Positions 1-10,116 of a stretch of 64,000 nt of DNA are shown in pieces. The notes under the pieces were generated by a model, which was not told where the DNA came from, searched no databases, and was given only the letters and a program-made list of their open reading frames with translations. The DNA is from a virus (taxonomy: Duplodnaviria > Caudoviricetes): IMG/VR virus record IMGVR_UViG_3300037455_001397, positions 34,542 to 98,541 of that record. One strand, written 5' to 3'. The number at the start of each line of letters is the position of its first letter. Within the stretch, counting starts at the first letter, position 1. The position numbers and the translations under genes are program-made.

Positions 1-1
1 G

Positions 2-499
2 AGTGCCAGGGAAAACGCGAAGGCTCAGGCATCCGCACAAAGAAAGGCCGAGCTTGCGAGCATCAACGACGACTGGGACAGAGCGAATGCGAGCGCTGAC
101 GAAGCACAGACGCAGGAGATTCTGGAACACCAGAAGGCGTATCAGGACGCCCTGACCGGGGCTGCCGAGGAGATCGCCAGTGCTCGTGCCGCATGGCAGG
201 AAGCAATGGACGAGGTCAAACAGAAAGCTGCGGAGAAAGCTGATAGGGTCGAAGAAATCCGCGAACGGACAGAAACCGCCGCCGAGGAGACGGAACGCTC
301 CGAGGTTAAGATTCAGGAAATCTCCTCTGTCGGGGAGAAGTCGATGGGAGCATGGAGCTCGGAGGCCTTGGATGCTCTCCTCGGCGGCGGTGCGCAGGAA
401 CGGACAGCAAAGGCGACCGAGCAGATGGCCAAGAACACGCAGCAGACGAACAAGCTGCTGAAGAAAATCGGTCAGGATAAGGCTTTGACCTACGGATAA
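2..499 (+). CDS. Phage tail tape-measure protein, C-terminal part (5' truncated)
   Basis: Frame is open from base 2. Ala/Glu/Gln-rich helical sequence ending GGGAQERTAKATEQMAKNTQQTNKLL, directly upstream of tail genes. Confidence 0.65.
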   Translation, partial: SARENAKAQASAQRKAELASINDDWDRANASADEAQTQEILEHQKAYQDALTGAAEEIASARAAWQEAMDEVKQKAAEKADRVEEIRERTETAAEETERSEVKIQEISSVGEKSMGAWSSEALDALLGGGAQERTAKATEQMAKNTQQTNKLLKKIGQDKALTYG

Positions 500-578
500 C
501 TACACCCCCTCTGCCTCAGGCTTTGGGCACGGGGAGCCGCGAGGCTCCCCAGTTTTTTCAAACTTTACAGGAGATACT

Positions 579-1400
579 ATGGCGGCAAAAGTCGAACAGA
601 ATTACAAGGAGCACGCTACCAGCATTGACCGCTGGGGTCGGTATACGTCGGTCGAAGTCCCGTATATCGTTTTCGAGGCTGCGGACGAGGATGCGGCACT
701 GACCGCCGTCCTCAACACCGCGCCGAAGACGCTGCACAATCTCCCGCTGGATGCCATCGAGATCGACAGCCGCGAGGGCAACACCACATTCAAGGTGAAC
801 GCGACGTACAGAGCGGAGACCAGCACGGAATCTTATGGCGATGACGAGGAGGACGAGGAATCGACCATCAGTTTCGACTGCGGCGCCGGAACAAAGCATG
901 TGTCGTTTGCTATCGATCAGCGTATCGCATACGGTACGATTGATGCAGGCGGCGCAATCGGGTGGAATGGAAAGTACGGCACGGAGATGGAAATCGCCGG
1001 CGTTGATGTTCCGACTGCCGAGCTGAGGGAAACGCACACGAAAACCATGCGTGTTTCGAGGCTGACGAACTCCTTCATTCGGAAAGTCGCGGGGTTCGTC
1101 GGCAAGGTGAACTCGAAAAGCTTCAACGGCTGGCAGCCGGGAGAAGTGATGTTTCTCGGCATGGGCTACAGCCGGGCAAAAAGCGCGAAACACGTCTCGG
1201 TGACGTTCCACTTTTCGATTCAACTGAACGAAACAAACGCCAAGCTCTGCGGACATTCTCTGGGTTCAAAAAAAGGTTTTGAGTACATTTCGGCCATTCC
1301 GAAAACGAGCGTGGATGATGACGTTCCGAGCGTGGATATTGAAGCTGCACATATTTCACAGGTCGTCCAGTACGGCGACTTCGGAGAATTGGGGGTCTGA
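579..1400 (+). CDS. Putative phage tail hub/distal tail protein
   Basis: 273 aa, SD GGAG, immediately after the tape measure; beta-rich. Function is inferred from position. Confidence 0.5.
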   Translation: MAAKVEQNYKEHATSIDRWGRYTSVEVPYIVFEAADEDAALTAVLNTAPKTLHNLPLDAIEIDSREGNTTFKVNATYRAETSTESYGDDEEDEESTISFDCGAGTKHVSFAIDQRIAYGTIDAGGAIGWNGKYGTEMEIAGVDVPTAELRETHTKTMRVSRLTNSFIRKVAGFVGKVNSKSFNGWQPGEVMFLGMGYSRAKSAKHVSVTFHFSIQLNETNAKLCGHSLGSKKGFEYISAIPKTSVDDDVPSVDIEAAHISQVVQYGDFGELGV

Positions 1401-1401
1401 C

Positions 1402-2244
1402 ATGCCATTTTATCCTGACGTTTCACCGGGCGATCCATTCAAACCGAACGCCCGACTGAGCAATGATATCCGGCATCTCGTCAATGCCGCTCATGGCTTC
1501 CAGGACTGCCGGCAGAAAAGTGTTCCTTTGGGAGCCGTGCGAGTGAGCGTGTACAACGCTTCTACCACATTGATTCCGGCGAATACTGCTGTGGTGTTCA
1601 CCTCGGGCGTTACAAAAGGAAACACGCTTCCGGTGAAACAGGCTCCTGCAGGAACAGCTGAATTCGGCATCGTGACCCGTGCGCTTGCCCCGAAAGAATG
1701 CGGGAGCTGCATCATGATCGGAACGGCGACCGTGGATGTTGCCGAAGGATCGGGCAACTTCGTCAAACCGGGCAATACGCGGACATTTGTCCGGGGGAGC
1801 AGCGGAACCGCCAAAATTCTGCATGTTTCTGGGACAAAAGCGGTTATTCTGCTTGGGGGAAGCCAGCCGCAGACAACGCAGATCATTTCGGGTTATGCCG
1901 GAGCCTTCTATGTGAAGAATAATGGAAACGGAACCGTAACCATCTTCAATATCTCCAACCCGTCCGGGGAATACGCGGGACAGGTCATAGTTGGATCAAC
2001 CAGATATAACATGCCTGTCGGAACACTCTCGTTCTCGTCGAACGCTGAAACCGACATCTACCTGACCGTGTATTATGACACGACCACAAAGAAACTGGTT
2101 TACGAATTTGCCACGGAGTTGTCCGAAGAAGTCACCGGACCTCAGGGATGGTACAAAAAACTGGCACATGTGAATAGTTCCGGTCTTGTAACGCAGGTTC
2201 ATTTCTGCGGGGACATTGAAATCACTGGAAGGTGGTGGTACTAA
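1402..2244 (+). CDS. Putative phage tail/baseplate protein
   Basis: ATG 1 nt after the previous stop (MPFYPDVSPGDPFKP...); Gly/Thr/Ser-rich beta sequence. Confidence 0.5.
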   Translation: MPFYPDVSPGDPFKPNARLSNDIRHLVNAAHGFQDCRQKSVPLGAVRVSVYNASTTLIPANTAVVFTSGVTKGNTLPVKQAPAGTAEFGIVTRALAPKECGSCIMIGTATVDVAEGSGNFVKPGNTRTFVRGSSGTAKILHVSGTKAVILLGGSQPQTTQIISGYAGAFYVKNNGNGTVTIFNISNPSGEYAGQVIVGSTRYNMPVGTLSFSSNAETDIYLTVYYDTTTKKLVYEFATELSEEVTGPQGWYKKLAHVNSSGLVTQVHFCGDIEITGRWWY

Positions 2245-3320
2245 TGGATCTTGGCGAATGCTGCTGGGGCGACCCCTCGTTTCGCGCTCCATTTCCTGTA
2301 ATGCAAAGTCTGGTTTCTGCTGCTTGCGAACGCATGGATGCAATATCTTCCAACTTCCATGAAAGCTGCGTATCGTCCGGAATGCAGGCTCTTGTAGAAG
2401 AGAATCTGACGGAAATGCTTGCCTGCGACACCGTGGAAGAAATCCCGTTTAAGGAGATCAAGAAAGAATATACGTTCGATCCGGTTTATGGCGGATACAG
2501 AACGCTGTCATTCATGCACAGATTCGATGGTTTCCTTTGGCAACTGCTCGGCGGGTATGGGTGCGGTTACGATGTGCGATATTACACGGACAAAACGGGA
2601 GCCATTGAGTATAATACGCTGCCAGACCTTGCCAGTGCGCTTTCGGAACCGCTGATCGCTCCTGAATGGATTTACTGGAACGATGATTCTGTGATAAAAG
2701 CAGATGTGAATCTGCAGGTGCTTCTGAATGCGAAATGGGCGTCGCAAAGAATGCGAATGCTGAATCTTCTCCGGTATATAAGAGTCTATAACGGCGGCGT
2801 TATTTTGAGGTCTTCTTATCCGGAAAATGACGGCTGGGGAACCACCCCGCAAAACGCCTACGATTCGATTCAATCTCGGAATATGGTTGATTACACCTAT
2901 TTCGGATTTGAGGAAGATATCGGATGTCGCGTGTGGTACTGGGACACCCAGTTTTCAGATCCCGAAGAACAATGGGTCGTCGAGAACGAATGGTCGGGCG
3001 AAATAGCAGAAATACTGCCGGACTTTCATGGCTGCGCTCCTGCTGAACACGGTGAACTTACGTTTGATGCCGTTGCTCCTGTGGATGACTGGTATTGGGA
3101 TTTCGAAGCTAAGTTCGACCCACTCTGTACGAATATAACATCCGGGGCACAGACGCTGACTTTGAGCGGCGGAAGCTTTGCTTCATGGGGATATGGCTCT
3201 GCATCCACCATAGGCGGGGAGGATACTCCGTATGGGAAATACATCCGCGGATGGCAAGCACAAAACGTGAAGGTTATCTTCGACTATGAATCAACCTTTC
3301 AATTCAAACAGGAGGAATGA
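2244..3320 (+). CDS. Hypothetical phage tail-region protein
   Basis: TAATG stop/start overlap; acidic and aromatic, about 358 aa. Confidence 0.55.
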   Translation: MDLGECCWGDPSFRAPFPVMQSLVSAACERMDAISSNFHESCVSSGMQALVEENLTEMLACDTVEEIPFKEIKKEYTFDPVYGGYRTLSFMHRFDGFLWQLLGGYGCGYDVRYYTDKTGAIEYNTLPDLASALSEPLIAPEWIYWNDDSVIKADVNLQVLLNAKWASQRMRMLNLLRYIRVYNGGVILRSSYPENDGWGTTPQNAYDSIQSRNMVDYTYFGFEEDIGCRVWYWDTQFSDPEEQWVVENEWSGEIAEILPDFHGCAPAEHGELTFDAVAPVDDWYWDFEAKFDPLCTNITSGAQTLTLSGGSFASWGYGSASTIGGEDTPYGKYIRGWQAQNVKVIFDYESTFQFKQEE

Positions 3321-4114
3321 ACACACAAATGCAGGAGCACATTATTTATCTCGATGCGCATGAATCGGTCGCAGTCGTGCGCGATGAGAAGAACATGAGG
3401 ACACTGCCGCCGCCCACGCTCGTTCGCGGCACGGCATGCATCCTCAAACTGCGGCTGTTTGCCGAAAGGATCGGCACAACGCCATTTCCAATCGCAAATC
3501 TGTACGACGTTGTGAGCTGGCAATGGGCAATGGATTCGGACTTCTACGACCGCAGCCCGTACAAGCTCGTCGGAGACAATCCCAACATCGAACTCAATTC
3601 CGTGCAGGAATTCCGGGATGGTATCGGTCGGGTCTACACGCAAATCACGATTCCGATGCCCTCGATGGAAACGAACGAGCTTGCACGATGGCTTGGCTCC
3701 GAGCCTGTCCGAGCAGGACTGACCGGGGAGCTGACGGGCTTCGATGCCACTGGCTCTCCGATTTACATCCTGCAAATCGAGGGCTTCAAAATCCGAAATC
3801 GCATCGTGTCTTCTGCGGGGCCGACCACCTCGTCTTCGAGTGCGGTTGCCGGCATCACGATGGAACAGCTTCAGGAGATGATCAACCAGGCAATCGTCAA
3901 TGCAGGTGGGAACAGCTCCAGTGGAAACAACAGCTCCTCCGGCAGTGGCGGAAACAATTCGAGCTCCGGCTCCGAGGGCAACAATTCGAGCTCTGGCAGT
4001 GGAGGTAACAGCTCTTCCGGCAGCGGCGGGAACAATTCGAGCTCCGGCTCCGGCGCCTACGAAAACGAGACCGGGGGCGCGATCAGTGAAGATATCACCT
4101 ACGACATTCTGTAA
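3317..4114 (+). CDS. Putative baseplate/fibre adaptor with a G/N/S low-complexity linker
   Basis: ATGA overlap, SD GGAGG; (GGNNSSSGS)n linker; ends ITYDIL. Confidence 0.55.
   Translation: MNTQMQEHIIYLDAHESVAVVRDEKNMRTLPPPTLVRGTACILKLRLFAERIGTTPFPIANLYDVVSWQWAMDSDFYDRSPYKLVGDNPNIELNSVQEFRDGIGRVYTQITIPMPSMETNELARWLGSEPVRAGLTGELTGFDATGSPIYILQIEGFKIRNRIVSSAGPTTSSSSAVAGITMEQLQEMINQAIVNAGGNSSSGNNSSSGSGGNNSSSGSEGNNSSSGSGGNSSSGSGGNNSSSGSGAYENETGGAISEDITYDIL
3905..4053 (+). repeat. Coding tandem repeat (24-27 bp units) for the GGNNSSSGS linker
   Basis: Repeated AACAATTCGAGCTCCGGC / AACAGCTC units. Confidence 0.85.
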
Positions 4115-4156
4115 CCGCGCATTTAGCGCACAAACAATTTTACAAGGAGGCAACAC

Positions 4157-5056
4157 ATGGCCAACCAGAAAATTCAACTCAAGAGCGTGAACGGGAACAA
4201 ACTGTTCCCCCGGACGAGCATCAACAACATCGTTGGTGAAGACTTTACGACCGTCGTCAGCATCCCCGTCCTCGACGGTACCGGCAAAATCAAGGCGGAG
4301 AACCTGCCGAGCTTCGTGGATGACGTGATCGAACTCGTCGCGGTCAGCGAAACGGCTCCGGCATCCTGCTCTGTCGGGGACATGTACTTCAACTCCGGCT
4401 CCACGAACAAGAAAATCTACACCGCCACCGCGGCCAATACATGGGGAACCACCGGAGTCGAGCCCGAAAAGAGCAAGATTTACGTCAACACGACCGACAA
4501 CAAGACCTATCGCTGGTCTGGCACGGTCATGACGGAAATCGGCAAGATGCCCGCCGTTGCCACCACCATTCGCGTGTCCGGTACCGCCGACGACAACCAC
4601 GTCGCATCCGAGAAAGCCGTCCGCGACGCCCTCGTCGCTGCGGGAGCTTATACGCTTCCGGCCGCCACCGCATCCGAACTCGGCGGTGTCAAGGTCGCCG
4701 CAGTCGCCACGTCCGGCCTGAACAATGCATCCGGGAGCATCAGTCTTGCTACGGCGTCCGCTTCCCAGCTCGGCGGCGTGAAGATCGGTTCGAACATTTC
4801 CGTCAGCAACGGCGTCATCAGCGTGGCCGAAAGCACCAACTCCCAGAAGGGCGTCGTCCTCACGAAGAGCACCGTTGACGGCAACAACACCTCCCTGTCC
4901 GCAACCGACTCCGCAGTCGGCACTGTCCCGACCGTGTGGGCCGTTGAAACCGCCCTGAAGGCGAAGCAGGACAAGCTCACTGCCGGCACGGGCGTCTCCA
5001 TCACGGACGGCACGGTCAGCGTGGCCGATACCGTCATCTACGAGGTCGTGTCCTGA
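4157..5056 (+). CDS. Tail fibre-like protein 1
   Basis: Fibre-type repeats (LPAATASELGGVKV, ASASQLGGVKIG, KQDKLTAGTGVSI); N-terminal ~165 aa closely paralogous to the next gene. Confidence 0.7.
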   Translation: MANQKIQLKSVNGNKLFPRTSINNIVGEDFTTVVSIPVLDGTGKIKAENLPSFVDDVIELVAVSETAPASCSVGDMYFNSGSTNKKIYTATAANTWGTTGVEPEKSKIYVNTTDNKTYRWSGTVMTEIGKMPAVATTIRVSGTADDNHVASEKAVRDALVAAGAYTLPAATASELGGVKVAAVATSGLNNASGSISLATASASQLGGVKIGSNISVSNGVISVAESTNSQKGVVLTKSTVDGNNTSLSATDSAVGTVPTVWAVETALKAKQDKLTAGTGVSITDGTVSVADTVIYEVVS

Positions 5057-5086
5057 CACAACCTGACCCGAACTGAACACTCTTGA

Positions 5087-5120
5087 ATCCGTCCGGCATC
5101 CGGTCGGGCGGATTTTTTTA
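5087..5120 (+). terminator. Intrinsic terminator between fibre genes 1 and 2
   Basis: AATCCGTCCGGC...GTCGGGCGGATT stem followed by a T-run. Confidence 0.6.
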
Positions 5121-5145
5121 ACCTCAAATCCAGGAGAAATACTAC

Positions 5146-6393
5146 ATGGCAAATAAGAAAATCCTTCTGAAATCGACCGCTGGCGACGCACTGTTCCCGC
5201 GCACCTCCATCGACAACCTCGTGGATGCGGTCGGCAGCACCGTATCCGTCAGCATTCCTGTCCTTGACGCCAACGGCAAGCTCGATGCTTCCTACCTTCC
5301 GAGCTATGTGGATGACATCATCGACCTGAAAGCCATCACCGGCACCGCGCCGAGCTCCTGCGCGGTCGGCGACATGTATTTCAACAACGCGTCCGGCAAC
5401 CTCAAAATCTACACGGCGACCGCAGCCAATACCTGGGGAACGACCGGAGCAACGCCCGAAACGGGCAAGATCTACGTCAATCTCGCCGACTCCAAGATTT
5501 ACCGCTGGTCGGGAAGCGCAATGGTGGAGATCAGCAAGCAGGTGTCGACCGTCACGAGTGTTCGTGATACCTCCTCCGCGCTCGACACTGTCGTCCCGAC
5601 CGAGAAGGCCGTCGCCACCGCCCTTTCGGGTAAGGCGGCAAGCTCTCACAGCCACAGCATCGCCAACGTTTCCGGCCTCCAGTCTGCTCTTGACGGCAAG
5701 GCGGGGACCAGCCACAGCCATGAGATTTCGGATGTCTCCGGTCTCCAGACTGCCCTTGATGGAAAACAGGGCACTCTGACGGCAGGCACGAATATCTCCA
5801 TCTCAAACGGCACGATCAGCAACACCTATTCGTATTCTCTGCCCGCTGCGACCACCTCGGCACGAGGCGGTGTCGTGGTCAGCACGACCGCTTCGAACGG
5901 TGTGGCCCTTGCCATCAGTTCCGGCACGGTCAGCGTGGCGGCAACCGCAGCATCTACCACGGCAGTCGGTACCGTCCGCCTCGCCACCACCTCGGAAGCA
6001 ACCACAGGGACGAGCGAATCCGTCGCGGTTACCCCGAAAGGCCTGAAGACCGAGCTGGACAAGAAGGCGAACACCTCGCACACGCACAGCTATCAGGCCG
6101 TGCTGACAGCAGGCAACGGTATCGCGATTGCCAGCAACGTCATCTCCGCCGATATCTCCACCACTGCTTCGAACGGCGTCGCTCTCGCCTGGGACGGCAC
6201 GACCGAGAATTCGAAGAAAATCAAAGTCACGGCGACTGCCGCGACCGCATCGGCTCGCGGAACTGTCATTCTGGCTTCCACGACCGAGGCGTCTACCGGA
6301 ACGGATACGGCGAAAGCCGTCACCTGTGCTGGCGTCAAGGCCGCGCTCGACAACCGCCTTGCGTCCTACATCACCTACGAGGAACTGGCTTAA
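5146..6393 (+). CDS. Tail fibre-like protein 2
   Basis: Two SHSHxIxxVSGLQxALDGK phage tail repeats, plus ASTTAVGTVRLAT-type fibre repeats. Confidence 0.75.
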   Translation: MANKKILLKSTAGDALFPRTSIDNLVDAVGSTVSVSIPVLDANGKLDASYLPSYVDDIIDLKAITGTAPSSCAVGDMYFNNASGNLKIYTATAANTWGTTGATPETGKIYVNLADSKIYRWSGSAMVEISKQVSTVTSVRDTSSALDTVVPTEKAVATALSGKAASSHSHSIANVSGLQSALDGKAGTSHSHEISDVSGLQTALDGKQGTLTAGTNISISNGTISNTYSYSLPAATTSARGGVVVSTTASNGVALAISSGTVSVAATAASTTAVGTVRLATTSEATTGTSESVAVTPKGLKTELDKKANTSHTHSYQAVLTAGNGIAIASNVISADISTTASNGVALAWDGTTENSKKIKVTATAATASARGTVILASTTEASTGTDTAKAVTCAGVKAALDNRLASYITYEELA

Positions 6394-6461
6394 ATCCCGA
6401 ACCTCATTTGTGCCGGGGACTTGTTCCCCGGCATGTTTGACCTTAAATCGAAAGGTTTTCT

Positions 6462-7574
6462 ATGGCTGAGAATAAGAAAATCTTACTCAAGTCCTCGGCT
6501 GGAGATAACCTGTATCCACGGGCATCTCTCGACAACCTGGTGGATGTCGTCGGCGGCACGACAGCCGTGCGGGTTCCGACACTGGACAGCGATGGGCATA
6601 TCGAGAGCAGATTCCTGCCGACAGGGATGTCCTTGCTGGACAGCGACGGTCGCATCGACAGCCAATACCTTCCGCCGGATTTCTTTCCTCCGGCAGCTCG
6701 TGTCGCGCTGAGCGGAACGATTTACGTCTCATCTGGCGCTTTGCTCAGGGACGCGGAGGAAGCCTCCGGGTTCATCCGGGTTCTGAGCGGCGGCAGCGCA
6801 AAGCGCATCACGGTCACGTCCGGCAATTTCACGGTATCTTCCGGTGGAGCTGCCGCAGACCTGACCTGGAACAGTCCGGGCACAATGTACATCCCAGGCG
6901 GCCACGTTCAATATGTGGACTGTCGGAAAGGCAGCATCGAGGTCCAAAAAGGCGGGCTTCTGAAACATGTGACTGCAAGCACAGGATGCCTCCTGTTCGT
7001 GTCGTCAGGCGGAACGGCTACCAATATCGTCGAATACGGCGGATACGTTCGTGTTCCGACCGGAGCTGTCGGCCAGTTCGAACAGACCGTCATCCCGAAT
7101 CTCGCACTGTCGGCCTCTCAGTCGGCAACAATTCATGGCGGAAACCAGGTCAGCAACACTACTATTTCGAGCGGCGGTTCGCTTCACGTCTTCGAGGAAG
7201 GAACGCTGACCGGGCAATGCACTGTTCTGAACGGCGGAAGCCTGGTTCTGTACAATGGAGCCATTCTGGATTTCCGTCTTGCGGACATGGAGCCGGGAGA
7301 CGCTGCCAGAATCAATGACGTAACGAAAATATCGAGGAGCAACAATGCTGCCGTTTCGTTCACACTGACCGTGTCGGAAGACCAGCCGTCCGGGGTGTAC
7401 GCCATTGGCGGCAACTGCTCCTCCTGGAATACGGAACTGCAGGTGCGGACGGATGACGGTACAAGCCTCGGCTCCCTCGCATTGAACGGATCACTTACGG
7501 CTTATGGCGCGGTTTACACGCTGTCGATCATCGACAATGAGCTCTCCGTGACAGTCAGCCGCTCAAACCAATAA
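6462..7574 (+). CDS. Fibre/receptor-binding protein with AIDA-like beta-helix repeats
   Basis: Shared N-terminus MAENKKILLKSSAGDNLYPR; VSSGG/ISSGG repeats typical of AIDA-type passenger domains. Confidence 0.6.
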   Translation: MAENKKILLKSSAGDNLYPRASLDNLVDVVGGTTAVRVPTLDSDGHIESRFLPTGMSLLDSDGRIDSQYLPPDFFPPAARVALSGTIYVSSGALLRDAEEASGFIRVLSGGSAKRITVTSGNFTVSSGGAAADLTWNSPGTMYIPGGHVQYVDCRKGSIEVQKGGLLKHVTASTGCLLFVSSGGTATNIVEYGGYVRVPTGAVGQFEQTVIPNLALSASQSATIHGGNQVSNTTISSGGSLHVFEEGTLTGQCTVLNGGSLVLYNGAILDFRLADMEPGDAARINDVTKISRSNNAAVSFTLTVSEDQPSGVYAIGGNCSSWNTELQVRTDDGTSLGSLALNGSLTAYGAVYTLSIIDNELSVTVSRSNQ

Positions 7575-7590
7575 CAGAAGGATTTTTTAC

Positions 7591-10101
7591 ATGGCGGAAA
7601 ACAAGAAAGTCCAAATCAAAAATACAGGCGGCGACGCGCTGTATCCGCGGACTGCCGCGGAGAACATCGTGAACGTTCCAGGAGGAACAATGAACGTGTT
7701 CATGTACCTTCAGGGAATCGGAGACGCCAATCAGTTCCCCGATCCCGACAAAGGTGCCAGATACTTTGACCCTGCCGCGAATGGCGGCGGTGGTGCGGTT
7801 TACGAATGTGTCTCGTCTGGCACCTGGACCGGGAAGAAAGAGGTTACCTCGTGGGATTCGAATACGCTGTTCTTCTGGAACGGCGACGTCTACAAGTACG
7901 TGAACGGCGAGGACACGCTGATTCCCATCGTGTGTGCGGGGATTGACATGACGGATACTAACGGCGTCAGGCTTGACGGTGGTGGCGGCATGCCCCTCAA
8001 GGTTGTTGCCAGTTCGGCCACGACCACGACATTCGGTACCATCAAACCTCTCAACACGGTGACCAACGGAGCATCCCTTTCCACCACAAACGGTGAGGTC
8101 AAAGCCATCGTCTCCTCGGCCACGAATGCCCAGCTCGGCACAGTAAAAGTCACGACCACTGCGTCCAATGGTGTCGCTCTCGCTATTGCAAATGGTGCGG
8201 TCAGCGCCACCCAGACCTTCGCCACGAACGCGGAGGCGTCCGCGGGTTCCATCTCCAGCAAGGGCGTCACGCCTGCCGCAATGAAGTACGCCCGCACCTG
8301 GACCTCCATCACCGACAAAGGAACATCCGCGACCGTGACGATCTCGCCCGGAGGTGTCTACAAGGTGACCCCGGCTTCCGGTCTCACGCTGTCCACGACT
8401 GCTGTTTCGGCAAACATGTACGGTGCGGATGCCCGTCTTGCTCTCTACATGCCGAACGGCGGCTACATGACGGCTATCGCGCCTCTGGTGCTGGTCGACC
8501 CGGTGACACCCGGCGCCGGCAACTATTATGTCGCAAAGTACCGAGACGGCAACGCCTATCTGTACAAAGAGGGCATCGAGGGCGGATACTTCGTGAACAA
8601 CTACAGCAACAACAACGCGAATTCGCTCTATTACGCCATCAACACGCAGAAGAGCCCGTGGATTTATGTTCAGGGCACGGCGGGACATACGATGGATTTT
8701 GGCGGCACTCTGTCCAGCAACACCAACATCGTCGGCAACGGTTACGACTGCCTGCTTGCTGGTTCACTCAAGCTTGGAAACAAGACCCTGCGTATCACGA
8801 ATGCGGAACTGCACGGTCCTTTCTTCAGCAGCGGTACCGTTGTTCTGGCAGGACATGTATATTTCGACGGCACGACTACCCTCGGAACGGGAGGCGGACT
8901 GCAGGTGTCCCCCGGCTCTGTTCTTGAAGGTAAGCAGGGAGACGGCATTACGCGGGGCAAGATCGACTTCGCAGGAAGCACGACTCTTACCTTTGGAAAC
9001 GACACAGAAATCTCCCACCTTGATCTCTACAGGGCAAAAGGCGCGGACGACCTGCAGATGTTTGTCAGCAAGACAACTCTCACAGACGTCAAGTTCGATG
9101 ACTGCTTTATGGGGCAACACCAGATGGGGCTTATTGAGGCCAACCAGTCCCCCATTACGCTGAACGATTGCGTCATCACCGGTTGCACTGTCGCTGAGGC
9201 ATCGAATATAATCGGGAATGTGGATGACGATTTCTCCGAACTTACGATGTCTGGTTGCAGGTTTAAAAACAACATCGTGCAGCAAGGCGGCAATGGTGGC
9301 TTCCTTGGCGTACATGCCGGTCAGACACATGCTGTGAGGGCAAAGGACTGTGAGTTTCTGGGCAACAAGGTGTTCTCCGGCACAGCGCAGACGACAAGAG
9401 CCGGTCAAGGCGGAGCGCTCGTCCTCTATGATGCATATAGAAACGATGAACCTATCGGCCGCGGTACTGAAAATGCCCGGTTTGATAATTGCACATTCAG
9501 CGGAAACGCGGCATCCAGAGGCGGAGCAATCGCAGTACCGGAATGCAGCTACGCTGACGCATCGTTCCTGAATTGTTCCATTGTCGGAAACAGTGCGAAT
9601 GTCGGTGGTGCTTTTGACCTGGGGGGTGTACTCCCATCCACTGATGTGCTTTATTTCTCGAACTGCGTTATTTCCGGCAACTCTGATACCGCCGGATCGA
9701 CCGGTCTCGGTCACATCAAATCAGGGTGGGTGCATTTCGACACATGCCGTCTCGGCGGGTCGATTGCTGTTGAAAGCGGAGGAATCTTGCTTACGGGCTC
9801 CAACACGTTCGCCACGGGCAATCCAGATGAAGACGGCGGATACAGACCGCTGATCTCCGGGGGAACCGTATTCATCTCTGCCGGAGCCATCGTTGATGCT
9901 CAGGCACAGGGCGGCTATCTGATGGATTGCGCGTCCGTTCAGGTCGGATCCGGTCCGAATCCATTCGAATATCTGGACCCGGAATGGACGATTGGTGGGT
10001 CCGCAACGCTGATCACGAGCAACGGCGTGAAGAAGCTCATTGGTTCCGGCAACATCGTCGACGCCAATGCCGGAGGCTCGAATGCACTCATTTACGACTG
10101 A
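7591..10101 (+). CDS. Fibre/tailspike-like protein with a C-terminal parallel beta-helix
   Basis: Shared N-terminus, fibre repeats (TTASNGVALAI), then FxGN...GGAI motifs (FSGNAASRGGAI, GNSANVGGAF). Confidence 0.65.
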   Translation: MAENKKVQIKNTGGDALYPRTAAENIVNVPGGTMNVFMYLQGIGDANQFPDPDKGARYFDPAANGGGGAVYECVSSGTWTGKKEVTSWDSNTLFFWNGDVYKYVNGEDTLIPIVCAGIDMTDTNGVRLDGGGGMPLKVVASSATTTTFGTIKPLNTVTNGASLSTTNGEVKAIVSSATNAQLGTVKVTTTASNGVALAIANGAVSATQTFATNAEASAGSISSKGVTPAAMKYARTWTSITDKGTSATVTISPGGVYKVTPASGLTLSTTAVSANMYGADARLALYMPNGGYMTAIAPLVLVDPVTPGAGNYYVAKYRDGNAYLYKEGIEGGYFVNNYSNNNANSLYYAINTQKSPWIYVQGTAGHTMDFGGTLSSNTNIVGNGYDCLLAGSLKLGNKTLRITNAELHGPFFSSGTVVLAGHVYFDGTTTLGTGGGLQVSPGSVLEGKQGDGITRGKIDFAGSTTLTFGNDTEISHLDLYRAKGADDLQMFVSKTTLTDVKFDDCFMGQHQMGLIEANQSPITLNDCVITGCTVAEASNIIGNVDDDFSELTMSGCRFKNNIVQQGGNGGFLGVHAGQTHAVRAKDCEFLGNKVFSGTAQTTRAGQGGALVLYDAYRNDEPIGRGTENARFDNCTFSGNAASRGGAIAVPECSYADASFLNCSIVGNSANVGGAFDLGGVLPSTDVLYFSNCVISGNSDTAGSTGLGHIKSGWVHFDTCRLGGSIAVESGGILLTGSNTFATGNPDEDGGYRPLISGGTVFISAGAIVDAQAQGGYLMDCASVQVGSGPNPFEYLDPEWTIGGSATLITSNGVKKLIGSGNIVDANAGGSNALIYD

Positions 10102-10116
10102 GAGGAGATATAATCC

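Noticed and set aside
3299-5191. 630-aa minus-strand ORF, and similar long antisense ORFs (7555-8688, 15100-16302, 17483-18730, 53407-54477)
   Set aside because: Shadow frames of GC-rich + strand genes that have clear motifs and RBSs.
4157-10101. Diversity-generating retroelement or invertible tail-fibre switch
   Set aside because: No reverse transcriptase or invertase, no adenine-specific repeat pair, and all fibre genes are co-oriented.
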